Shown: positions 54,134 to 64,000 of the stretch, one piece after another | How positions within the stretch are numbered: position 1 is the first letter of the stretch | Layout of the letters: every line of letters starts with the position of its first letter | Assembly: GCA_944383905.1 (NCBI GenBank) | Contig: CALWRI010000006.1 | Coordinates: forward strand, 3,883 to 67,882 | Source of the DNA: an uncultured Christensenellaceae bacterium | GTDB taxonomy: Bacteria > Bacillota > Clostridia > Christensenellales > UBA3700 | Direction of reading: 5' to 3' | DNA: 64,000 nt | Position numbers and translations under genes: made by a program | Notes under the pieces: model-generated | Told to the model about the DNA's origin: nothing | Databases searched by the model: none | Seen by the model: the letters and a program-made list of their open reading frames with translations, nothing else

Positions 54134-56676
54134 TTTGCCTCCAGCCAGTTTTTGCCGCTGCCGACGTCGGCAATGAGCGGCACGTCGAGTTTTATCACGT
54201 TCTGCATACAGTCTTTGAGAAGTCTGCTAACCTTGTCCTTTTCGTCCTCGGGACAGTCAATGATCAGTTCGTCGTGCACCTGCATTATCAGTTTTGCGCG
54301 GAAGTTGCCCTGTTCAAGCTGCTTCTGTACCTCTATCATCGCAACCTTTATTATGTCGCTCGCGGTACCCTGAAGCGGCATATTCATCGCCACTCTTTCG
54401 CCGAACGCGCGCGTCGCGTATACCGACGATTTGAGTTCGGGTATAAAACGTCTCCTGCCGTAAAGGGTTTTGACGTATCCGTTCTCTTTCGCGAAAGTCA
54501 CGCAGTCTTCCATAAACTTTTTTACGCCCGGATAGGTCGCGAAATAGTTTTGCATATATCTTCTCGCCTGCGGCACGCTTATCCCGAGATCCACGCTCAA
54601 TCCGAAATCGCTTATCCCGTATATTATGCCGAAGTTGACCGCCTTCGCGCTCCTTCTCATATCCTGCGTCACCGCGTCGAACGGCACGCCGAACAGTTTT
54701 GCCGCCGTCGAACGGTGGAAGTCCTCTCCCTCGTTGAACGCCGCGATCATCGCCTCGTCGCCGCTCATATGCGCCATCAGCCTCAACTCTATCTGCGAAT
54801 AGTCGCCGCATACGAGCACGTTGCCGTCCGCGGGTACGAACATCTTGCGGATCCTCTTGCCACTCTCCTTGCGTATCGGTATGTTTTGCAGATTCGGTTC
54901 AGTGGACGAAAGTCTGCCGGTAGCCGTTACCGCCTGTCTGAACGAAGTGTGTATCCTGCCGTTTTTGTCGACGAGCGGTATCATGCCGTCGAGATATGTG
55001 GATTTGAGCTTGACTATCTCGCGGTATTGCAGTATCGCGGGGATGATCGGATGCTCGTACTTGAGAGCTTCGAGCACTTCGACGTTGGTCGAATATCCCG
55101 TCTTGGTCTTTTTGCCGTGTTTCAAACCAAGCTTTTCAAATAGTATTTTTGCAAGCTGTTGAGTGGAATTTATATTGAAACTTTCGCCCGCGTATTCTAT
55201 TATCTGCGCCGAAAGTCTTTCCGCCTCCAAAGTAAATTCGTCGTTGAGTTCGTCGAGATACTTCCTGTTGACCCTGAATCCCTCTTTTTCCATGGAGCGC
55301 AGGACGTAGACAAGAGGAAGTTCTATCTGCGAATACAGCTTTTCCTGCTCCTTTTGCTTCATCTCGTCGTTGAGCGCGGCGTCGAGAGCGGTCAATGCCG
55401 CGGCGCAGTCGTCGCCGACAAAGCCGTATGCCGCGGACAGCGCTCCGAGAGACTTGAAGTTGCGGTTGCTGTCGCACAGATACGCTTTGAGCATCACGTC
55501 GTCGCAGACGCCCTTTATCTCCGTGCCGTAAGGAGCGAAAAGCTCCATATACCGTTTGAGATCGAAGCACAGTTTGCGCAGAGAAGGCTGTTCGAGAAGC
55601 CCTTTGATGTCAAGCATGAACGTGTTGTAATCTATCCCTTCGGACAAAAGATCTGTGCTCAACTCGACTTCGAAGGAGCACCCGACTCCTCCGACGAACA
55701 CTCTGTCCGACACCTCGAACGCGAAAAGTCCCGACTTTTCTATCTCTTTGAGCGCAGCCGAGAGTTCTTCCGCCGTCGCTATCTTCTTGGCGGGAGCGGC
55801 TTGCTTCTCGCTTTTAGCCACGGGCGCGTCCTTGTATTTCAGCCTGTCGGCTATCTTGAAAAATTCGTACTCGTTCAAAACGTCCCTGACTTCGGCGTCG
55901 AATTCGTACTCAAACGGCACATCCTCCGGCGCCGTTTCTATCGGACAGTCGCGGTCTATCGTCGCGAGTTTGTAAGACATATACGCGCTTTCCCTGCCCT
56001 CTGTCAGCTTTTTGTTGAGAGCGCCTTTCGTCTCGTCGATATGAGCGTATACCCCGTCGAGGGTGCCGTACTGCGCGAGCAGTTTCGTCGCCGTACCCTC
56101 TCCCACTCCCGCAACGCCGGGTATGTTGTCCGAGCTGTCGCCCATCAGCGCTTTGAGGTCTATTATCTGCGAAGGGACAAACCCGTCTTCTTTGAGGCGA
56201 GCCTCGTCGTACTCGACGATCTCCGATATGCCCTTTTTCGTCATCAGCACCGTGGTCTTGTCGTCTATGAGCTGGAGACTGTCGCGGTCTCCCGTGACTA
56301 TGAAAGTCCTGCATTTTGTGCGCTTGGACAGCGTGCCGAGAATGTCGTCCGCCTCAAATCCGTCGATCTCCGCAATCTGCACTTTCATCGCGCGGAGAAG
56401 CCTTTTGAGCGGTTCGAGCTGGCTCGCAAGGTCGTCGGGCATGGGTTTTCTCGTCGCCTTGTAACCCTCGTACATCTTTTTTCTGAAAGTAGGCGCTTTG
56501 CGGTCGAAAGCCGCGACGACGTAATCGGGCTTATATTTTTCGACGAGTTTGAGAAACATATTAGTGAATCCGAAGATCGCGCCCGTCTGCTGTCCCTGTC
56601 TGTTGGTGAGCGGCGGGAGCGCGTAAAACGCTCTGTTGATCAGAGAATTGGAATCGAGTAAAACAAGTGTCTGCAT
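54130..56676 (-). CDS. polA: DNA polymerase I
   Basis: 848 aa. 5' nuclease N-terminus, a central exo-like domain with degenerate ExoI (LFAFEVSD where E. coli has FAFDTETD), and polymerase motifs A (VCGDYSQIELRLMAH), B (RRSAKAVNFGIIYG) and C (MQVHDELI). Confidence 0.95.
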   Translation of the reverse strand: MQTLVLLDSNSLINRAFYALPPLTNRQGQQTGAIFGFTNMFLKLVEKYKPDYVVAAFDRKAPTFRKKMYEGYKATRKPMPDDLASQLEPLKRLLRAMKVQIAEIDGFEADDILGTLSKRTKCRTFIVTGDRDSLQLIDDKTTVLMTKKGISEIVEYDEARLKEDGFVPSQIIDLKALMGDSSDNIPGVAGVGEGTATKLLAQYGTLDGVYAHIDETKGALNKKLTEGRESAYMSYKLATIDRDCPIETAPEDVPFEYEFDAEVRDVLNEYEFFKIADRLKYKDAPVAKSEKQAAPAKKIATAEELSAALKEIEKSGLFAFEVSDRVFVGGVGCSFEVELSTDLLSEGIDYNTFMLDIKGLLEQPSLRKLCFDLKRYMELFAPYGTEIKGVCDDVMLKAYLCDSNRNFKSLGALSAAYGFVGDDCAAALTALDAALNDEMKQKEQEKLYSQIELPLVYVLRSMEKEGFRVNRKYLDELNDEFTLEAERLSAQIIEYAGESFNINSTQQLAKILFEKLGLKHGKKTKTGYSTNVEVLEALKYEHPIIPAILQYREIVKLKSTYLDGMIPLVDKNGRIHTSFRQAVTATGRLSSTEPNLQNIPIRKESGKRIRKMFVPADGNVLVCGDYSQIELRLMAHMSGDEAMIAAFNEGEDFHRSTAAKLFGVPFDAVTQDMRRSAKAVNFGIIYGISDFGLSVDLGISVPQARRYMQNYFATYPGVKKFMEDCVTFAKENGYVKTLYGRRRFIPELKSSVYATRAFGERVAMNMPLQGTASDIIKVAMIEVQKQLEQGNFRAKLIMQVHDELIIDCPEDEKDKVSRLLKDCMQNVIKLDVPLIADVGSGKNWLEAK

Positions 56677-56926
56677 ATCGCACCTTATTATATAATGATG
56701 TACCGCGCGGGGCGTCCCTTTTATTTGAATATATTACGTCGCAAAAGATTTGTAAACGGCATTTTTCGTCCCGAAAAGCTATTTTACAAACAATTTACCG
56801 ACGTAAGTCATCAATATTGCAGTGCGCGGGCGGACGCGTGAAAGAAAATCCGCCGAAGTAGCGCCTGAAGCTACGCGCGTTGTTATTTTATCCGGACGGC
56901 TGAAAATTATCTGTCCGTATGTCGGT

Positions 56927-56955
56927 ATTATACAATAAAAATACCTTTTTGTCTA
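56927..56955 (-). promoter_or_regulatory. candidate sigma-A promoter for polA (would give a leader of about 245 nt)
   Basis: Minus strand TAGACA-17 nt-TATAAT, back to back with the + strand promoter at 56965. Confidence 0.3.
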
Positions 56956-56964
56956 TATTTTTAT

Positions 56965-56993
56965 TTGACTTTGACTGTGTATTTTGTTATATA
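56965..56993 (+). promoter_or_regulatory. candidate sigma-A promoter of the Na/Pi cotransporter gene
   Basis: TTGACT (tandem TTGACTTTGACT)-17 nt-TATATA, about 80 nt upstream of the ATG at 57076. Confidence 0.4.
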
Positions 56994-57075
56994 TGGTAAT
57001 GGTGACAATTGCGAAAATCTCTTTTCGCCTCGCCGCGCTTGAGCGGCATTTTCAGCGTGCGGGCGCATCCGCACC

Positions 57076-58758
57076 ATGTGTATGAACGAAGTTTTTGAAA
57101 CAATTTTAACTCTTTTGGGCGGTCTGGGCGTATTTTTGATTGCGCTCAAGATCATGAGCGAGAATCTGGAATCCGTTGCGGGCAACAGACTGCGCTCTAT
57201 TTTCAACAAGATCAGCAACAACAGATTTGCGGGTATCGCGGTCGGTACGGGCGTGACGATGGTCATACAAAGCTCCTCCGCCACCACGGTCATGATCGTC
57301 GGCTTCGTCAACGCGGGCGTTATGACTCTCGCGCAGGCGACTTCGATAATCATGGGTGCGAATATCGGCACGACGATAACCGCGCAGATCGGCGCGCTGC
57401 AATCCTTGCCGATAACCGCGTTTTTCGCGGCGCTTGCCTGCGTGGGCGCCTTCCTTCAGATGTCGAAACGCGACAAGGTCAACCTGTGGGGCTGCATAAT
57501 CGGCAGCATAGGTATGATATTTGTCGGTCTCGAAGTCATGAGCATGGCTATGGGGACGTTTAAGGACTCAGAGGTCATACAAAAAGTAATGACATCGATA
57601 AGCAACCCGATCGTCCTCCTGCTGATCGGTCTGACGATAACCGCAGTCGTACAAAGCTCGTCTGCAACGACAATCATTCTGATAACCATGGCGGGCGCGG
57701 GACTTATGACCCTCAAAAGCGCAATTTTCGTAACGCTGGGCATCAACATAGGCACTTGCGTAACCGCGATGTTCGCTTCTATCGGAGCAACTGCCAACGG
57801 TAAACGCGCGTCATTCATACATCTGATGTTCAACTGCATAGGCTCGCTGATATTCTTTATACTCGCGCTCGTACTTCCTATAGACAAATGGCTCGAGGCG
57901 GCGTTCAAAGACAATGTGCAGACGCAGATAGCGATGTTCCACACGATGTTCAACGTCTCGACGACCATACTTCTCGTCCCGTTTATAAAGCAACTGACGC
58001 AGCTTGCCTGCCTTGTGATACGCGACAAAAAGAAGAAACCCAACGAGGACGGCTTCGTCGAAGACAAATTCCAATACGTCGACGAACGTCTGCTCGCCAC
58101 CCCGACAATCGCGCTCGCGCAGGTCCGCAAGGAGATACTGCTCATGGCAAGCATCGCCAAAAAGAACTTCGACACGTCGGTATATGCCATATCTATAAAT
58201 TCTCTCACGAAACAGCCGAAATTCGACGCGCGCGAAAGACATCTGAATTTCCTCAACAAAGAACTTACCAACTACCTCGTCAAAGTCTCGTCCGCCCCGA
58301 TATCCAAACAGACGGAGCGCGAACTGAGCTCTTATTATCACGTCATATCAGACCTCGAACGCGTCGGCGACTATGCGGAAAACATCATGGAGTACACCCA
58401 GAAAATGGTCAAAAACAACGTCTCCTTCTCCGATGCGGCAAAAGCAGAACTCGCAGAGATGAAGAGCGCGATAGACAAGCTCTACGACGTGGTAATGACG
58501 GGATATATCAACAAAGACATATCTCAAAAAGAGGATATGGAAAAAATCGAAGAAAGCGTGGACGAATACAAGATCTCGCTCGACCGCTCGCATATCCTGC
58601 GACTACGCGACAACCTGTGCTCTCCCGACGCCGGCGCGGTATGGCTCAACCTGATAAACGACCTCGAGAGAATAGCGGACCACTTCCGCAACGTCTACAA
58701 CAGCATGAGCTATTACGTCGATCCCCCGACCAAGGTAAAGGCGACGGTAAAAGCGTAA
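57076..58758 (+). CDS. Na/Pi cotransporter family protein with PhoU-like C-terminal domain
   Basis: 560 aa. Duplicated transporter repeats each carrying QSSSATT (VIQSSSATTVMIVG, VVQSSSATTIILIT), followed by a helical PhoU-like region (LERVGDYAENI, LERIADHFRNV). Confidence 0.9.
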   Translation: MCMNEVFETILTLLGGLGVFLIALKIMSENLESVAGNRLRSIFNKISNNRFAGIAVGTGVTMVIQSSSATTVMIVGFVNAGVMTLAQATSIIMGANIGTTITAQIGALQSLPITAFFAALACVGAFLQMSKRDKVNLWGCIIGSIGMIFVGLEVMSMAMGTFKDSEVIQKVMTSISNPIVLLLIGLTITAVVQSSSATTIILITMAGAGLMTLKSAIFVTLGINIGTCVTAMFASIGATANGKRASFIHLMFNCIGSLIFFILALVLPIDKWLEAAFKDNVQTQIAMFHTMFNVSTTILLVPFIKQLTQLACLVIRDKKKKPNEDGFVEDKFQYVDERLLATPTIALAQVRKEILLMASIAKKNFDTSVYAISINSLTKQPKFDARERHLNFLNKELTNYLVKVSSAPISKQTERELSSYYHVISDLERVGDYAENIMEYTQKMVKNNVSFSDAAKAELAEMKSAIDKLYDVVMTGYINKDISQKEDMEKIEESVDEYKISLDRSHILRLRDNLCSPDAGAVWLNLINDLERIADHFRNVYNSMSYYVDPPTKVKATVKA

Positions 58759-58783
58759 CAGCGTTGCGTTATCCGAAAAAACG

Positions 58784-58812
58784 TCCCCTCGGAAATCCCG
58801 CGGGGATTTTTT
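58784..58812 (+). terminator. rho-independent terminator after the Na/Pi cotransporter gene
   Basis: AATCCC-gcg-GGGATT (or TCCCC...GGGGA) followed by T6. Confidence 0.55.
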
Positions 58813-59033
58813 CTTCTCAAAATACGAAACGCGTCCCGACGCCTCACCCGACACGAGAACGTCAAAAAGGTTTTTTTAACTTATTTTCCGCCGCTGCCGC
58901 GATTGTTTCTTCAAGCGTTTATAGTCGCAAGATCCTTCCGCGCCGTTTCCTGCCGAGTGATTTTCAAATGCGCACTTCCCGCTGCCGTCTGCCTTTTCCC
59001 TTTCTCTCCTCAACTCTTTTGTCGGATAAGCAT

Positions 59034-59060
59034 AAAAAACGCGGCGGACAGACCGCCGCG
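59034..59060 (-). terminator. rho-independent terminator after the topoisomerase A-subunit gene
   Basis: Minus strand CGCGGCGG-ucugu-CCGCCGCG followed by UUUUUUAU. Confidence 0.8.
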
Positions 59061-59080
59061 CAGTATAAGTCGCGTACTTT

Positions 59081-61531
59081 TCAGATATTGTGTCTCTTGC
59101 TGTCCGCTATGACCATATTGAGATTGCTTCCGCTCCTCTTGCACGCTTCTTTGAGAATGTTGTTCCCCTTTTTCGTGCGGTCGGTTATTTCGACGTCCTC
59201 GGTGTTGACAGACAGACATTCGCCGTCCACGAGCGCGAGCGCGAAGTCGTAAGGCATGGTCACGACGTCCACGAAAACTATCGATCCCGTCTTCTTGTCG
59301 TCATTGATAATCACTCCCTTGCGGTAACGCTTCATCGGCTCGACGGACGAAAGCACGACCCTCTTGGCATATCCGATGTCAGTGACGACGACTATCTCTC
59401 CTTCGCAATTATGCTGTGTAGCGAAAATGACCTCGTCGCCTTCCGAAAGCTGTATGCCCTTGACGCCGCTCGCCTTTTTGCCCTGGCACGGGATATCGGC
59501 TTCGGCATTGAGCACCATTCCGCCCTTTGTGACGAAAAGCAGATATTCGTTTTGCGGATCGACTGCTTCAACGGCGATGACCTCGTCGCCTTCTTTGAGC
59601 ACGATAGACGGAGAAACCGTCTTTTTGTCGACGGAATACTCTTTTGCTTCCGTCTTTTTGACCATGCCCTGTTTCGTATAGAAATACAGCTCTTTTCCTT
59701 CGAGCTCCGTGGGAGTAAACACGGCGAGAATACGCTCGTCGCTGTCCGCTCTCGCGATCTTGCTGACGGAAACGCCTCTCGACTTCCATTTGTCCTCGCC
59801 GAGCTGGTCGATATCGAATACGACCGAGTTGCCCTTTTGCGTGAACGCGATCATATTGTAATCGTTGGTGCAGTCGACAACTCTCCTGACGAGATCGGCG
59901 GCGCCGCAGTTGACGATGCTCTTCTGCGCCATAGAGTAAGACTTTGGCGCCATGAATTTGAGATTGCCCGCCTGCGTGAGTATTAGTTTGCCCGCGCGTT
60001 CTATCTTTGCGTTGACGTCGATCGTGGTGACGGTCGCGTTGTCGGGTTTGACGATCGCGGTACGGCGTTTGTCCGCGTATTTCTTCTTGATTTCGAGTAT
60101 CTCCTTGCGGACTATCGCAAGCTGTCTTCTCTTTGACGACAGTATCTGATCCAGCTCCGCTATCCTCTCCTGAAGCTGTGCGATCTCCGCTTCGAGCTTC
60201 TTTGCGTCGACGCGTTTGAGATTTTTGAGCTTCATTTCGAGAATCGCGACTGCCTGACGCTCGGTGAGATTGAATTCTTCCTTTATCTGTTCTTTGGCTT
60301 CCTGATCGCTCTCCGCATTGAGTATTATATCGACGACTCTGCGGATATTGTTGACCGCTATCAGTTTGCCCTGCTGGATATGCTCCTGCTTGCGGGCGAC
60401 GGATACGTCAAACTGACTGCGCTTGTAAATGACCTGACGCTGGAACTCGACGTAATGAGCTATTATTTCGAGAAGTCCCATGAGCTTGGGCTTGCCGTCC
60501 GCGATAGCGACCATGTTTACGCCGTAAGAACATTCGAGATTGGTGAATTTGAACAAAGTCGCAAGCGCCTTTTCGGCATTCGTGTCCTTGCGCAGTCTGA
60601 TCACCGCGCGCATACCGTTGCGGTCCGACTCGTCGTTTATCTCCTGTATAAAACCGAACCTGTCTTTTTTCTCTTCGCGCAGCTCGTTTATCTTGGAAAG
60701 GAGCAAAGCCTTGTTGATCTGATAAGGAAATTCCGTGATAACGATGAGATCGCGGTCGCCGTCCTTTTCTATGAACGCATTGGCGCGCATCGTGATCTTG
60801 CCTTTTCCCGTCGCGTACGCTTCGCGTATGCCCTCGTTGTCGAGGATTATGCCTCCGGTCGGAAAGTCGGGTCCCGGTATGTACTTCAACATTTCGTCAA
60901 GCGAGATCCTGCTGTTGTCAATATACGCGACGATGCCGTTTATCACCTCGCCGAGATTGTGCGGAGGTATATTGGTCGCAAGACCGACCGCTATGCCCGT
61001 CGTGCCGTTTACGAGAAGGTTGGGGAAACGGCAAGGAAGCACGTCAGGCTCCTCGAGACTGTCGTCGAAGTTGAGCGAGAACGAAACCGTCTCCTTGTCG
61101 AGATCGCGCAGCATTTCCATCGCGATCGGCGCAAGCCTCGCTTCGGTATAACGCATTGCCGCCGCGCCGTCTCCGTCCACGCTGCCGAAGTTGCCGTGTC
61201 CGTCAACGAGCATCATACGGGTATTGAACGGTTGAGCGAGCCTGACCATCGCGTCGTAAACGCTGCTGTCGCCGTGCGGGTGATATTTGCCGAGGCACTC
61301 ACCTACTATTCTCGCCGACTTCTTGTGCGGCTTGTCGGGCGTCGTGCCCAGCTCGTTCATCGAATACAATATGCGCCTCTGAACGGGTTTGAGCCCGTCT
61401 TCGACCCTCGGCAAAGCGCGGTCGAGAATGACGTGCTCCGAATACTGCATCATCGACTGGTGCATTATGTCAACGAGGTCGTTGTCGAGTATTACGGTCT
61501 TGTCTTCAATAGGTTTTCTCTTTTTCGCCAT
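59081..61531 (-). CDS. parC: type IIA topoisomerase subunit A (topoisomerase IV ParC-like; GyrA paralogue)
   Basis: 816 aa. [14 protein letters not shown] and the catalytic Tyr region [12 protein letters not shown] find no QRRGGKG GyrA box in the C-terminal domain, and the gene is not in a dnaA-gyrB context. Hence ParC-like rather than GyrA. Confidence 0.8.
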   Translation of the reverse strand: MAKKRKPIEDKTVILDNDLVDIMHQSMMQYSEHVILDRALPRVEDGLKPVQRRILYSMNELGTTPDKPHKKSARIVGECLGKYHPHGDSSVYDAMVRLAQPFNTRMMLVDGHGNFGSVDGDGAAAMRYTEARLAPIAMEMLRDLDKETVSFSLNFDDSLEEPDVLPCRFPNLLVNGTTGIAVGLATNIPPHNLGEVINGIVAYIDNSRISLDEMLKYIPGPDFPTGGIILDNEGIREAYATGKGKITMRANAFIEKDGDRDLIVITEFPYQINKALLLSKINELREEKKDRFGFIQEINDESDRNGMRAVIRLRKDTNAEKALATLFKFTNLECSYGVNMVAIADGKPKLMGLLEIIAHYVEFQRQVIYKRSQFDVSVARKQEHIQQGKLIAVNNIRRVVDIILNAESDQEAKEQIKEEFNLTERQAVAILEMKLKNLKRVDAKKLEAEIAQLQERIAELDQILSSKRRQLAIVRKEILEIKKKYADKRRTAIVKPDNATVTTIDVNAKIERAGKLILTQAGNLKFMAPKSYSMAQKSIVNCGAADLVRRVVDCTNDYNMIAFTQKGNSVVFDIDQLGEDKWKSRGVSVSKIARADSDERILAVFTPTELEGKELYFYTKQGMVKKTEAKEYSVDKKTVSPSIVLKEGDEVIAVEAVDPQNEYLLFVTKGGMVLNAEADIPCQGKKASGVKGIQLSEGDEVIFATQHNCEGEIVVVTDIGYAKRVVLSSVEPMKRYRKGVIINDDKKTGSIVFVDVVTMPYDFALALVDGECLSVNTEDVEITDRTKKGNNILKEACKRSGSNLNMVIADSKRHNI

Positions 61532-61550
61532 ATCACGTTTTCCCTTTTCG

Positions 61551-63509
61551 TCAACCCGCTATCTCTTTGAAGCTGTCGACTTTGTTGAAGTTTGCGTTTT
61601 CGTTTATATAAGTCTTTCTCGCGTCGATGTTATCGCCCATAAGGATCGAGATCAGGCTCTCCGCCTCCGAAGCGTCGTCGATCGTGACCTTGGTCAACGT
61701 ACGCGTTTCGGGGTTCATCGTCGTCTCCCAGAGCTGCTCCGGATTCATCTCTCCGAGACCCTTGTATCTCTGAAGCGTATAGCCTCTCGCCGCCGTCTCG
61801 AGCATGCCCTTGAGCTCCTCGTCGTCGTATGCGTAGCGCGTACCGTTTTTGTCCGTTATCTTGTAGAGCGGAGGCATGCCGATATAGACGTGTCCGTCGG
61901 TGATAAGCTCCTTCATATAACGGTAGAAGAAGGTCAGGAGAATACATCTGATATGCGCGCCGTCCTGGTCTGCGTCGGCGAGTATTATCACTTTGTTGTA
62001 TTTGAGTCCTTTGATGTCGAAATCCTTGTAAAATCCCGTACCGAGCGCATTTATGATCGAAGCCATCTCCTCGTTTTCGAGGATCTGATTCACGCGTTTT
62101 TTCTCCGCATTGAGCGGCTTGCCTTTGAGCGGCAGTATCGCCTGAAAATATCTGTCTCTGCCCTGTTTCGCGCTGCCTCCCGCGCTGTCGCCCTCGACGA
62201 TGAACAGCTCGTTCATCTCCGCTTTCTTTCCGCTGCAGTTGGAGAGTTTGCCGACAAGCGCGCTCTGCGTCATGCTGTTGAGCTTTCGGGTCATATCCTT
62301 TGCCTGCGCCGCTTTCAGTCTTGCCTTTGCTGCGACGTCCGCTTTTGCGTATATCGCGTCTATGACCTCTTTCTTCGCCTTCATCAGGTAGTCCTTGAGT
62401 GCGTCGGTAAGCAGGTTTTCGACGAGTATCTTGACCTCGGGATTTCCCAACTTCGTCTTTGTCTGACCCTCGAACTGAACGTTTTGCATCTTTATCGCGA
62501 GAATCGCCGTCATGCCCTCTCTGAAATCCTCTCCGAGGAAATTCTGATCCTTGTCCTTGAGTATGTTCTTCGCTCTCGCAAAATCGTTGAGCACTTTCGT
62601 ATATGCGGATTTGAAGCCCGTCTCGTGCGTTCCGCCTTCTGTGGTCGGAATGTTGTTGACAAAACTGAATATGCTCTCGTTGTACGCGTCGGTATGCTGT
62701 ATCGCAAGCATCACCATGAAATTTTTTGCGGTGCGCTCGACGTAGATGGGCTCGGGATAAAGGACGGCCTTGGAGCTGTTGATATACTTTGCGAAATCGC
62801 GCAGACCGCCGTCGTAGCAGTAACTCACGCTCCTGAACGCGCCGTTTTCGTCCGTCTCGCGCAGATCGGTAAGCGATATCGTCATGCCGCCGTTGAGGAA
62901 GGCAAGCTCCTTTATCCTCTTTGAGATGACCTCGTAGGAAAATCTCTCGTTTGCAAAGACTCTCGGATCGGGCAGAAACTGTACGAACGTGCCCTTTTCC
63001 TTCTTGTCGCAGGGTTTTTCTGTAAGCTTCGTTTTGGGCAGACCGCTTATCACCTTGCCGTCGACTTCGGGAGAATGAAATTCCTGCGTATACTCCGTAC
63101 CGTTTTTGTAGACTTTTACGGTGAGCCATTCGGACAACGCGTTGGTTACCGAAGCTCCCACGCCGTGCAGACCGCCCGAAAACCCGTAATTGGCAGAATC
63201 GAACTTGCCGCCCGCGTGAAGTTTCGTGAAAACGAGCTCGACGCCCGAAATGCCGTACTTCGGATGAATATCAACGGGAATGCCTCTGCCGTTGTCTCGC
63301 ACGCTGACGCTGTTGTCGGGATAGATGACGATGTCTATGCGATCGCCGTAACCGTTGGCGACTTCGTCGATGCCGTTGTCCACAATCTCCCACAGAATAT
63401 GGTGCATACCCTTGCTGCCCGTGGTGCCGATATACATACCGGGTCTGACGCGGACGGCTTCGAGCCCTTCGAGCACCTGCAAGTCTTTGGAGTCGTAAGT
63501 ATTCTTCAT
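61551..63509 (-). CDS. parE: type IIA topoisomerase subunit B (topoisomerase IV ParE-like; GyrB paralogue)
   Basis: 652 aa. GHKL ATPase ([38 protein letters not shown]) and Toprim ([19 protein letters not shown]). Confidence 0.8.
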   Translation of the reverse strand: MKNTYDSKDLQVLEGLEAVRVRPGMYIGTTGSKGMHHILWEIVDNGIDEVANGYGDRIDIVIYPDNSVSVRDNGRGIPVDIHPKYGISGVELVFTKLHAGGKFDSANYGFSGGLHGVGASVTNALSEWLTVKVYKNGTEYTQEFHSPEVDGKVISGLPKTKLTEKPCDKKEKGTFVQFLPDPRVFANERFSYEVISKRIKELAFLNGGMTISLTDLRETDENGAFRSVSYCYDGGLRDFAKYINSSKAVLYPEPIYVERTAKNFMVMLAIQHTDAYNESIFSFVNNIPTTEGGTHETGFKSAYTKVLNDFARAKNILKDKDQNFLGEDFREGMTAILAIKMQNVQFEGQTKTKLGNPEVKILVENLLTDALKDYLMKAKKEVIDAIYAKADVAAKARLKAAQAKDMTRKLNSMTQSALVGKLSNCSGKKAEMNELFIVEGDSAGGSAKQGRDRYFQAILPLKGKPLNAEKKRVNQILENEEMASIINALGTGFYKDFDIKGLKYNKVIILADADQDGAHIRCILLTFFYRYMKELITDGHVYIGMPPLYKITDKNGTRYAYDDEELKGMLETAARGYTLQRYKGLGEMNPEQLWETTMNPETRTLTKVTIDDASEAESLISILMGDNIDARKTYINENANFNKVDSFKEIAG

Positions 63510-63633
63510 TTTTTCTCCTTATCCGTTTCGAGCGCGTTAGAACGCACTATTATATGCGCACAGAAACGACGCATAAAGACCTTTCTCCCGCATTTTCTCC
63601 GAAAGAAAGGCTTTCAAACAGTATTAAAGTGTA

Positions 63634-64000
63634 TTATTTATTATTTTCGTCCACAGAGAGACACGTCTCGACAAAGTCTCTGACGTCTCCGTACACTTCT
63701 TCTTTGTTAAGCTCGTTGAGTATTTCGTGTCTCGCCTCGGGATAAAGCTTCATCGAAACGCCGGCAAGTCCCGCGTCGATATACTTTTCGTACAGCCTGC
63801 TGACCAGCTTGCCGTTGCCGCCGACGGGATCGCGGTCTCCGCTTATGATGAAGATCGGCAGATCCTTGCGGATATTGCTCAGATTCTTGGAGCGGTAGAT
63901 CTTGCACAGCGCCCTGAAAAACGACTTGTAAAATCCCAGAGACAAAGTGAAATTGCACATGGGATCGGCAAGATACTTTTCGCGCTCCTTGTCGTCGCGG
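63634..64000 (-). CDS. alpha/beta hydrolase (lysophospholipase/monoacylglycerol lipase-like), C-terminal part; continues right of window
   Basis: The frame stays open to the window edge (..DDKEREKYLADPMCNF..). PIFIISGDRDPV (Asp region) and YPEARHEILNE (His region). Confidence 0.7.
   Translation of the reverse strand, partial: RDDKEREKYLADPMCNFTLSLGFYKSFFRALCKIYRSKNLSNIRKDLPIFIISGDRDPVGGNGKLVSRLYEKYIDAGLAGVSMKLYPEARHEILNELNKEEVYGDVRDFVETCLSVDENNK

Noticed and set aside
56961-58271. Minus-strand ORFs of 136 and 271 aa opposite the Na/Pi cotransporter gene, and the 454-aa + ORF at 57888..59252 in another frame.
   Set aside because: The + strand frame at 57076..58758 carries the duplicated QSSSATT transporter repeats and a PhoU-like domain. 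The others are shadow or alternate-frame ORFs without RBSs.

Overview
64-kb chromosomal segment that looks like a spore-forming Clostridia-type Firmicute. Coding DNA is roughly 50-58% GC by eye. I ran no database search, so every call rests on motifs and synteny I recognise in the translated ORFs. About 90% of the genes lie on the minus strand and most are housekeeping, arranged in Bacillus/Clostridium-like synteny. Main blocks:
- surE and a five-gene Na+-translocating biotin decarboxylase operon
- rluB-dacB-ytfJ-ytfI
- a LysR-controlled redox/detox island of somewhat lower GC
- scpB-scpA, an M50 protease and lysA
- a dacF-like carboxypeptidase and deoB
- rny-recA-cinA-pgsA-rimO-ftsK
- M16 peptidase, ylxY-like deacetylase, pnp and rpsO
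- hemZ, MBL hydrolase, dtd, relA, recJ and secF-secD
- a SCIFF peptide plus radical SAM maturase
- yajC-tgt-queA-ruvB-ruvA-coaE-polA
- a Na/Pi cotransporter and a ParC/ParE-like type IIA topoisomerase pair

I saw no rRNA, tRNA, CRISPR array, transposase, integrase or recognisable defence system, and I cannot show that any clearly undescribed system is present. The items most worth follow-up:
1. The SCIFF RiPP locus. Its 57-codon precursor gene is missing from the ORF track.
2. The decarboxylase operon, which pairs one biotin carrier and one Na+ pump subunit with two different carboxyltransferases, one of them with substituted glycine motifs.
3. An orphan Spo0A C-terminal-domain protein next to a Cys-rich SpoIIM-like membrane protein.
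4. A 642-bp gene-free spacer upstream of lysA, half very AT-rich and half structure-rich.
5. Several unusual 5' regions: a leaderless-looking ruvA with an abutting 9-1-9 palindrome, a long structured polA leader, and an SD-less Na/Pi transporter start.

The many long + strand ORFs opposite known genes are antisense shadows.
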